A stretch of 64,000 bases of DNA. Origin: Dicyema japonicum. Taxonomy: Eukaryota > Animalia > Dicyemida. The stretch covers positions 155,990 to 219,989 of the forward strand of contig RDEW01000025.1 of the NCBI GenBank assembly GCA_011109175.1, written 5' to 3'. Below the pieces are notes generated by a model, which saw only the letters and a program-made list of their open reading frames with translations, was not told where the DNA came from and made no database searches. The number at the start of each line of letters is the position of its first letter. The stretch's first letter is position 1. Position numbers and translations under genes: made by a program. Shown here one piece after another: positions 51,831 through 64,000 of the stretch.

Positions 51831-54169
51831 TATAAAATCTTAAACAAATGACTGAATTGAATTTTTACAACGTCTTCGTGGAGGACTGCAATGAAAGAGG
51901 TAATCCCTCGTTATTTTAGACAAAATCTTCAAAAATTTTTTTTGTGAAGCTCCTTCATTTAGTTATCGTTAACCTTATTGTAGACGGGAGTCATTAGAAT
52001 ATTAATTTCGACCCTCGGCATTTTTGACAGAAATTTCTGGTTGTGATCCTTAGAATGTCTCTACTAACAATAATGAGAATTCAATGTATAATGTAATGAT
52101 GGATTAGACTTACTTGGACTCTGACCGTAGTAAACACAACATTGATTACATCCTGCTTAGAAGAGATCACGATGTGGTTAATTGGCTCAAAATTTTCGTT
52201 AGAAATAAGTTCTGTGCAAAGAATAACTCCCAGATATGCCGAGGATGTCTTTTTTGTCTGTTGTAGTCGACACATTCCGCTACATTTCCGAGTATTTTGA
52301 CACTTTTGATAGCATTTACGGTCAATACCGCTAAAAATAACAAACTATACAACGAAAGTACCTGTACACGTGCCATTAAAGACTCTAAATCTTCTGTTGT
52401 GCTGATAAAGTGCACCGTTGCATATGTAAACTAGACGATAATTCTGTTTGCAGATTTAACCAGAACTCTTAAAGTTATCATGTCTTCATTGCACTTCTTT
52501 TCCCATAAATGTGGCTTGATAACTTTATCAGTTCTCGCACGTCCTGGATTCCCAGTTAACCCCGAAAATTGTTGTTCGCATGTTCTCACGTAGATAAACC
52601 GTAAAAACATTTGGTTACCAGAAAAAGCGACTCCAAGATTGTGAGTTCAGAGCACAACTCTAACTTCCACCCTTCCGCACTAAAATCATATTTCGACTCA
52701 AACTGGACATTTCGAAGTATCCTTTTCAGCTTGGACTGTAAAGATCCATATTTTTGAGTAAGGCTATATCTCATGCTCATTCCTTAGTAAGGAGTCACCT
52801 GAAACCAGTCGAAATGTATATGAAACAAATTCCATTTTTTTGTATTCAAATTGGAGTGTCTTGCCTTATCATGTTCGAATATACCATCAATAACAACTGC
52901 CTTTAATTTGTTCTATCTATCAGTTTCTTACGATTCCATGTTCTTTGTCGATTACTATGGTACCCCCACTTAATAAATATTAGATCAATGCTGTGAGCTA
53001 GTGGACAAATAGATATAGTGGAATTATTTCATAGGACTGTAAAACAGTCGATTTGTCGCAAAAAACCGATTTCTCCGAAAGCTTTAGATCTTTTGTGAAT
53101 TGTCTTCTATTAATCCGTATTTCCTGATATGTGAGCTATGCAACTTTTTGGGAAGAGGGGTTTCACTGCAGTGAGTTGATGATTTTAATGCTATACAAGT
53201 TCACTGTGGCAGGTGTTGCAATAACATTGGAGTCACTAAAATCGAAGCTTCTTATGAAGTCCCAAAGTTGGGATTTCAGCCCATTTATGCAGACGACGCT
53301 AACGATCTTTTTTTCCACGGTTCCTTCGTCGTTATCGGATACATCGAGTGTTTTTGTATTTTAAGACTTGAGACTGGTGAAGCAGTCGCAGTTCAAGTAT
53401 CAATCATATCAATAGATACACGTGCTATTCCCAAATCAACCTTAATTATTGCCTTTCTTATGATTATACTTTCGATGATATCAATATGGACTCTTTTAGC
53501 AGGTACGAAACTTCTATGACTTTGTTTCACCGAAGGAATTGATAAGTTGCTTCAAGAACGTCGAGTATTGATTTTGTGCTATTGTAAGAGTTCACATTGT
53601 AAGACAATACAACAATATGCATCTCTGGAATCAGAAAACCACGTGGGAGATGATTTTCTATAACTCCTACGTGAACAAACTCTGTGATAATGTAGGTTTG
53701 GGGTCAGTGTAGATGACCATTACGCCGGAATGTGAAACATTTGTTTTATTCACTTCCACTCTAAGAAGGTTGGAGATGAGTGATTTTCTCGCGCACATTT
53801 ACTAAAGATGAGTTTTAGGGTCGTGCACGTGGAGAGACTTTTCAAGTTCCTTATTCGAAAATTTGCAAGAAGTAACTGTCTTTCGACGTCTTTAAGTATT
53901 TTTCAGAATTACAAGTTTGATGAATTTTATATTTTTAGTTATCTTGAATCCAGACAATCTTAATTAAATGGCGACGGTACTTATCATCGATGACTCCTTG
54001 GACTCCAACGTGGTTGTATACTTTTTATATGTCAGACTATCCATGTCTTAGCTTATTCCACCGAAGGTTATATTGCACCAAGATTTTGTCATAAACATTT
54101 GTCAGCACTGTGCATTTGCTTGTGGATTAATATGACTTCTTAAATTTACTATTTGTGAATTATCAACTA

Positions 54170-54660
54170 ATTAGGTGAGCCAATACTGAAGTACAATTCC
54201 GGAACATGGGGAACCTCGAAAAACGATTTAGAGAGGCTAGACACTTTCCACAGAAGCCAACTGCGCATACTGACTGAATTTTCTCTCGAGAAAAATCTCT
54301 AACGAAAACTATATGCTCTATGTAAATCTATACCAATTAGCATGGACGTTATTCTATCGAGATGGCAACTATTTGGACATATTCTTAGACTAGACCCAAC
54401 TACGACGTGTAACAGAATAATGGAAGAATACTTCTCCTGCGCCGGAAGTCACGGATATCGAGGCAGACCAAGAAATACACTTCCAATATGCTTAAAAATG
54501 ATATCGATACAATTGGTCGTAATTTGGTGACAGCAGACGACCTGGATGATGTTCGAGTGAGGGCCAGAAACAAAATGGCGTGGGCGAGGATGGCGAAAAA
54601 GATGATTGTAAAGCATGACTCAAACAAAACCCATTTAGGGATACGCGAAAGAGCTTTTAA
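54170..54660 (+). mobile_element. RTEX-like LINE 3' end
   Basis: PILKYNSGTWG, LDTFHRSQLR, RWQLFGHILRL, YRGRPRNTLP. Confidence 0.8.
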
Positions 54661-55539
54661 CAACTAGGTGATCTTATCATTTAGTTTTCATGTGGGTCAC
54701 CTACTCGTTAGAAAACTCCCAACATTCGTAAAAAACAAGCACAACCAAATAGTTTGATTGTTAGTAGATGCAGGATAATCTCTGGGAGTGTGCCCTTTTT
54801 GTTCCATATATTTAATTTAATAATAACCCCAGGAACACCGAGAAGAAAGACAAAAGAGTCAAACAGTTAGGTGATCCCAGTCCTCGCAATCAATTGTGCC
54901 ATTCGACGTCTGTGATCTTCCATTGTCCCCACTACCTTCCGGAAAAGCCTTCTCTCGGTCTTGCAGAGGAATCTGATCGGAGAGGAGATTTCTTATCCAA
55001 TCGGTTTTTTCTTGCTACGGAAAGGATCAGGCGAAGCGGGTTTCCATCTTCCTCACAGACGCGAAGAAATCCGGAACCACGACTACGGATCTTAGTTTAT
55101 ATGAGTAGTGGGTCGACTGTTGATCCATTACGTGGGCAAAGCATATTGATTGTTTTCTGATGTATATGAAAATATAACTTTTTATGATATTCAGTAATCA
55201 AACTGAATCACTAAAATTTTTGAATCAATCGTAAAAATGTATTAAATTATAAATGTTTTTATTTTTAATTGTTAATTTATAATCGCATGTAATAACAGCT
55301 GACGTGGGGCAAAAGAGTTAGTTTGAGAAGAGGCAATACCTTTAAATTCCTTCTATTCCGTTCTAGGCAGTCCTCTAAAAAATGAACATTTCTGAAATTT
55401 TTATTGAAAAAATTAAATTTAACAAAAAACGTACAATAAAAAAAATTATCATATTTTAAATTTTGCTTTGATCTGCAGTCAAGAGAAGTATAAAAAAGGC
55501 TATTAATTTTTAAATCGACGCTACTGGACACTTTCAACC

Positions 55540-55940
55540 ATATTTATAAAACAAGTTATTCCTTGTGTAATTAAAGATCACTATAAGTGGTCTTCAGAAC
55601 TACAGGGACCTGGTGACTATTGATTTCTTCAGTCTACACAACAACATTGTTGCTAGGACGAATGACTTTGGTTTTCTTGGGTTGATTGAATTCTCATATT
55701 TTCAGCAATTCAATTCTTTTTCAGCGAAGAGTTTAATTCACTAAAATCGAGTCAACGAATAAACATTATCCACGAGGGAAGTGGAGAAAGACAGCTTTCT
55801 GGCTATGTCGAAATAACTTCAGACAACTCACAATAGATTTCCAATGTACCTACTAATTCCGTAGATTGATAAAAAAGAGGTTATCATCCGAAGGGTTATC
55901 TCTTCTAAACAAAACCAGTTTTTTTTCTTGACAGGAACAC
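55540..55940 (+). pseudogene. SMC3: SMC3 5' fragment pseudogene (inverted copy)
   Basis: (ATA)FIKQ, HNNIV, IIHEGSGERQLSGYVEITSDN; decayed; together with ~270 bp upstream it mirrors 57640-58310. Confidence 0.8.
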
Positions 55941-56049
55941 AAAAGTGTTCTCCCGAAAGCATTTTCGATACCAACTTGCAATTCTCTTGGAATTTTACTA
56001 AGTCAATCAAGGTTTCTAATTTTAAAAAAAGACAAAACTGTTCCTTCCG

Positions 56050-58044
<1,995 letters not shown>

Positions 58045-58625
58045 GGTTGACAGTGTCTAGTAGCGCCGATTTAAAACTTAATTGCCTTTTATACTTTTAT
58101 TGACTGCCGATCAAAGTTAAATTAAAAGTATGATAATTTCCCATTGTCCGTTTTTTTGTTAAATTTTATTTTTTTCAATAAAAAATTCAGAAATGTTCAT
58201 TCTTTGAGAGGACTGCTTTGAAAGGAATAGAAGGAATTCAAAGGAATTGCCTCTTCCCAAACTAACTTTTTTGCCCCACGTCAGCTGTTATAACATGCGA
58301 AAATAAATAAACAAATAAAAATAGACTTAGTCTGTCTTTGGAGATTAACTGGACCACCCGTGCTTGTTGATCACCTACACTGGGAGAAGAGAGTCCTATC
58401 AATCACTGAGCATTTGCTGATGCAGTTCTCAAAAGACCTTGATCATTTTTAAACTTTTAGTCAATCAACTATAATATACTTCAAAAATCGATTTACTGGT
58501 TTTCAGGATTATTAACCTAATTGTGTTTCTGTATCCCAGATATATTAAAATATTAATAGCAGGAAAACTACCTTCGCTCACAGAATGTTATCTCAGATAT
58601 CCTATTTAGTACTCCGTCCTAGATA

Positions 58626-61593
58626 TTTTTTTTTTTTTTTTTTTTGAAATCAAGAAATTTATTTATAACAATAAAATCGTTCTAAAGTCCAGCGGATATG
58701 ATCGAGTGGCTGTTACCTCTGACTACTGCCAGGGATATCCTTTGGAAAAGCCACTCGGTTTCCCGACGCTCCCTCGAGGCTTTGGTCAATAGACACCCAA
58801 GTGCTCTAAGGAAAGAGACCGTCTTGGGGCCAAAGACTCCGCTCGTCTCGACGACCACTGGCTGTATATGAAAACGGTTTATGAGGCTGCTGTATTTCTT
58901 TATCTTCGAGTTTTCATATAAACGGGCAGCCTCTCCCGCTTTCATTGCCGACCTCAAAAGTTTCGACTGGGAAAAGCTGTCAGTACAGGCAGCATCCCAA
59001 ATTAAGCATTTGCCCCGAGAGAAGGGGAAGACAGTAATTCCATCGGGTCGCTTCCCATCATCCCTACTCAAGCCCGTTGGCTCTAGAATGGATGGGTATC
59101 CCGCCAACTCGAGGGCGACAATATCGTGGTGTGTGGTGGTGTGGTGTAATTGAGAAAAGAAGATGCACAAGATCGACAAAAGAGAAGAGCTTTGTGAATT
59201 TTGCAATAAAATTAACAAAAGAAAGCGGCTGATATGTTGTGTCGTTTGTTCGTCGTTTTTTCACATGTCATGTGTTGGAATGACCAAAAAGCCCTTACCA
59301 CCATTACCAACTGGTGTTGCCAGGCATGCCTCCTTCCTGGGACGAAAGCACCATCGACTCCACCTAATTCACCTGAACGAATACCAATAGATTACCAGAA
59401 AACCCTTGAATCAATTGCAAACCTGGCATCTACACGAAGGATCATATCAAAATTCCAAAAGCAGCCGTGTTCCTGCCGCCGACTGTTTACACGATTGTAT
59501 TGAAAGGGCAATTTCTTCGACTGACCCAGTTGATTGGACACGATTATTCTACTTTGCACCATACACGCTATGTATGCCCTGTCAGAAGAGGAAAGATCAG
59601 GAATCGCTCACGTCTATTGTAAAGGAAAATATTTGCTTGTTTTTCTTCTGGAAATTTGTTCAGTGACTCCCGAGAATATACCTTCAAGCCCTCAAACCAC
59701 GAGAACCATGCCTCAGAAACACAAAGATTGAGAGAAGAGCGATACATCGCAAACTATCTGAAGGTGGAGTCCGGGCCGCCGTGAGGACTCTAGAAGAGCA
59801 TAACCGTCTAATTGAGCCAACTGAACACTCCTACGATGCACTGGTTGAACGACATCCTGGTCCGCCAGTGGACGAGCAGATCCCTACTTGCTCTGGAGAA
59901 TTACCTAGTCTGATTATTTCTGAGGGGGACGTGAAAGATGCGATCCTCTCATTCGCCCCGAGCAGCAGTGGCGGACTCGACGGACTCCGTCCAGGACACC
60001 TAAAAGACTTAATTGATCAGAATACGGGGAACTCTGGTGTTCGGCTATTATCGGCTATAACGAGGTTAATCAACAGAATGCTTTCCGGAAGATTACCAGA
60101 AGCAATCCGTCATATTATGTTTTCCGCCAAGTTAATTGCCTTTGATAAATGTGGAGGAGGAATTCGTCCTATTGCTGTTGGGTTTGTTTTTCGTCGACTG
60201 GCTTCTAAACTTGCTAGCAGAGCAATCCTTCCGATGCTTGTCAAACAACTGCGACCAACCCAAGTAGGGGTCGGTACTCCTGGTGGATGTGAGGCGGCGG
60301 TTCATGCCGTTCGGATGTTTACTGGAAACAGAACGAACATGCCTTGTGTGGTCCTCAAGATTGACATAAAAAACGCCTTTAATACCATACGGCGCGATGT
60401 AATTTTGGAAGATTGTCTTACCCATTACCCGTCTATATAATTATGTTCATTGTTCGTATGGAAAACCGTCCAGTCTTGTACATGGGAAATACTTCATTCC
60501 CTCGTCATGTGGGGTTCAACAAGGAGACCCACTAGGACCGGCATTGTTCTGCCTCGGTGTCGACCGTGTCATGAGATGCCTTACTACTCCGCTGAACGTG
60601 TGGTATTTGGATGATTGCACCCTGGGAGGTCATCCTAACAATGTATATGACTGTCTACAGAGATTACAAACACAATTGGATACGCTTGGTTTAAAGCTAA
60701 ACGCAGCCAAATGCGAAATTGTTAATTATGGATTCTCCCGATATGAATGGAATCGGATCCTATTACAGTTTCGGGGGATTATTCCTAAAATATCGGAAAT
60801 CAAGCCGGATCATTTGGAAATACTTGGATGCCCTCTGGCTGAAACTGGAATTAACGACACTCTGTTTGGCTAAAGAACAGAAACTAAGAAAAACTTTTTT
60901 ACGCCTTGGGATGCTGGATGCACATACCTCTCTTTTTCTCATGAAAAACGCTTTATCCACGCAGAAATTAAATTACGTCCTTCGAGGGGCTCCATGTTAC
61001 CTGAAAATGCAACAACTCGGGGCGATTGACTCCCTATTCCGGTCTACAACCGAACGTATTACTAATGTCGAATTCGACGAACAAGGATGGGAACAAGCAA
61101 CCTTGCCCGTTCGCTTTGGTGGACTCGGAATTCTCTCACCATCTGATTTGGCACACCCGGCATATCAATCCTCATTGGACTCCAATCAGAATTTGATCAT
61201 GATGATTCTCCAGCTCCCATCAGAGTCGTCAAAGATCGAAGATTTGGTACACCCTAAAGTCAAACAACTCGGCAGAGAGACCTTTATGAGTCTGTTTGCG
61301 AGGATAAATACGAGAGGCTTTTGAAAATATCTAACCAACACCGACGAGCCTGTTTTTAACTGCAAGATGCGAGTGGAGCGGGGCTTGGATCAATGCCCTA
61401 CCAATTGGAAACGTGGCGAACTCACCTAGACGAGGAAACGGTCCGCACCGGAGTCTCCATCAGACTTGGATTGAAGGTTTGTCAACCCCATGAGTGCCGA
61501 TGCGGCCGGAAGGTCGACTGCTATGGACATCATGCCCTTTCTTGTCGAAAAAGCGCAGGTCGATTCGCTAGACACAAGGCTATAAATGAAGTG
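58626..61593 (-). mobile_element. Near-full-length CRE-clade RLE retrotransposon with internal 5' inversion, poly(A) and 12-bp TSD
   Basis: T20 at 58626-58645; RLE on the minus strand (KRPDG, WDAAC, VVVETSG, ISLAVVRGNS); PHD + RT (GIRPIAVG, DIKNAFN, GVQQGDPLGP, WYLDD) + CCHC on the plus strand 59163-61593; gtcctagatatt at 58616-58627 and 61594-61605. Confidence 0.92.
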
Positions 61594-61769
61594 GTCCTAG
61601 ATATTATTTCCGATTCATCCGTATTACCTTTAAACTTTTAAAACGCTTGATAGAATAGCAAAAAAAGTTATTAGTAGGGCGATTTTTATTTTAACTCTTG
61701 AGCGCTGCTGGTTATTTGAGCGAATCACATATTACTATAATTAAAAATTTGGGCCTAAAATAAGCAATT

Positions 61770-64000
61770 TTCTGAGTTTCTTTAGGAACGTATTATTAGT
61801 ATTTAACCTCACTTGCCCGGACATTTTTGGGGTACGTATTTGCACATGTGTGCAACCCCTTATAGTCTTTAAGACGTGACCTTCAATGATAATTTCGAAA
61901 ACTTTCAACTTTATCAATTGCTGTAAAACTTTCAACTTCTAGCCATTTCTGTAAAGCAGCAATTCATACTGTGCGGACTTTTTTACAACATAGCAAAAGT
62001 ATCCCATATGTGTCTTAAGATCGATATCAAAAATAACTTTAATGCCATACATCATTATGTAATCCTGGAGGATTGATCTAGTCAGTGGAGAAAAGTACTC
62101 AATAAACGAAAGATTTAATTTTATATAAAAATGTTGGCTTTGATAACTGACAAAAATGGGACACCTTGAAAACGGTTTTCATTTTTCTGAAGAGAGACGA
62201 AAGTTTTAATTTTGTCTTAAACCATGTTGGGCGTGGTAAGGGACAAATACGAAGAGAATAAAACATCAACTTAACCGTTTCCTCTTGTGGCTGAACGAAA
62301 CCACTAACAATTAGACCTATTTGAGTTCAAATGAATTTTGACCAATTTGACACTACTCAAAATTTATATGCCCTACTCATCAGAGTAAAGGAGAAGATCA
62401 TTAAACTTCTAATCAAATCAATAATTGAAAAAATATTTGACCGCTTAATGACACGTGTTGTGTGATTTGTATTCCTCTTTCTTTCTTCAAGTGGTGTAAT
62501 CGGATCCACATGGTGCAAATTGAATTGAAAGATTGGTAGGGAAAAGGAAATTCCTGGCACAGAAGGTGAAATTACAAGTGGTAATTCATTATTAGAGTAA
62601 TTCACGTATCATTAGATTGACCAANCCTGGCACAGGTGAAATTACAAGTGGTAGTTGATTATTAGAGGAATTCACGTATCATTAGATTTACCAAGTAGCT
62701 CAATAGGGAATTACTAAAAAAACTCTTAACGAATCTTTTATGAGATGAACCACCCTTATGTTAAAGTCCTGCTCAAAAATAAGACCCGTGATTCAGAAGC
62801 AATTGATAAATATTTTGAAGTTTGGAATAAAGACAATTCGTGAATTTGTGTATCAAAAGGGTATTCGGGTAGATTAGCGCAAATTGTATTAAATGCGTTC
62901 TATTAATACATATCAGAGAAAAAACCCGATTATTAAAAACGGTTACCTTACGTGAAAAGTTGGATGAATAAATTATATATCGTGCTCTTGAAAATCGTTA
63001 CAATAGGTTTATGTGGCAGTATAATTCTCCACTGGTGAAATAAAACCTAACCGTGGTCCCTCTAGGAGATAAATCGGACATCCTGATCTGGCTATGCAAG
63101 CCCTCTGGGAGTATTGCCATCTGATGAGGAGAATTATTATACCATCATGTGGTATCAGATATTTTGTCTTCCAATAGTTTTTCATCGATGGCTACCGTTT
63201 GTATAGTTTCTATGCGTTGATAGATTAAAGATTTTTTTCAAGGAGCACGTTAAGGATTGCCACGAGGCTTGCTTAGATGCTGAGACGGATAGATATGTTA
63301 TTTTATCAGATATCTTGAGGATAAAGATCAGTTGGGAGATATGAATTTTAAAATAACAGATACCCAAAAGGGAATTACTGCTTGCCAAATTGATATGAAA
63401 ATAGAAAGGATCCTTTATGAAATCTCGGAGGTAGCATGAGGAAAGTGAGGAAGTAATGAAGCCTTGATCGCTTATTATTGCCACTGGATCTTTTGCTAAA
63501 TCGTCTGAAAAGCAACTCTAAGGAAGGAGGATTTGGCTTGTGACGTTTATAATGTGCTTTTCTATCGAAGACAGGAGGTGGCAGCGGTGGGGAGGAGAGG
63601 ATAGTGCGACGGAGGAAGCGAGTAATTGGGCCAATATTTTTAGTTAAGTCTACCCAATGGTGCGCAGAAATTATATGTATAATTCCAAGATTATGCAAAG
63701 GATGTGATTGAAAATATAACCTTACTATGGAATACGGAGGTGCTGGAATGGTCGGCCAAGAATCCTAAACCGATGTAGCGGTGATGAATAATGTTACCAA
63801 NTCTGAGTTTCTTTAGGAAACGTATTATTAGTATTTAACCTCACTTTCCCGGACATTTTTGGGGTACGTATTCGCACATGTGTGCAACCCCTTTAGCACT
63901 TACTGTTATAGTCTTTAAGACGTGACCTTCAATGATATTTTCAATAACTTTCAACTTTATCAATTGCCGTAAAAATTTCAACTTTTAGCCATGTCTGTAA
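61770..64000 (-). mobile_element. Fragmented Helitron Rep remnant
   Basis: LPPLPPP-like, YFKIH, TICANLPE...IHEL, ISPS...IFQFNLH and KGCTH.RIRT segments loosely match Helitron Rep motifs; very degenerate. Confidence 0.5.

Noticed and set aside
52080-53900. CUB-like or membrane-protein gene (VQFESKYDFSAEGWKL)
   Set aside because: Could not assemble a consistent spliced frame; only a single-motif resemblance
59126-59147. GT-rich tract as an interstitial telomere
   Set aside because: Only 22 nt, irregular, and not TTAGGG-like
62553-62700. ~73-bp tandem repeat
   Set aside because: The two copies are separated by a single N (62625), so this is likely an assembly join of overlapping or haplotype contig ends
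61769-64000. ~190-bp direct repeats (61769-61954 and 63802-64000) as LTRs flanking an element
   Set aside because: The second copy starts right after an N (63801), there are no TG...CA ends, and the repeat itself looks like Helitron coding sequence; probably an artefact or local duplication

Overview
AT-rich eukaryotic (metazoan-like) nuclear DNA with a highly compacted gene architecture. Genes are interrupted by 22-28 nt GT-AG introns, which is reminiscent of dicyemid mesozoans (an inference; the taxon cannot be fixed from sequence alone). Host genes I could reconstruct by hand are: an apparently intact dual-GAF cyclic-nucleotide phosphodiesterase (PDE5/6/11 family, about 17 tiny introns); an ERM/merlin-like FERM gene; two inverted SMC3 pseudogenes; three LAMP-like type I membrane protein paralogs that appear to be mosaics of each other; one tRNA-His; and an orphan 147-aa ORF. 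About 26 kb (2505-28551) is a head-to-tail tandem duplication of a ~13 kb unit. The remainder is dense transposon debris: Jockey/I-like, RTE/RTEX-like and CRE non-LTR elements, Tc1, pogo/Tigger, hAT and Helitron remnants, and a tRNA-derived SINE family. The most striking structure is a near-full-length, PHD-finger-bearing CRE-clade (RLE) retrotransposon at 58626-61593. It has a poly(A) tail, a 12-bp target-site duplication and the geometry of a twin-priming 5' inversion. All family assignments come from motif recognition by eye; no searches were run, and TE boundaries are approximate.
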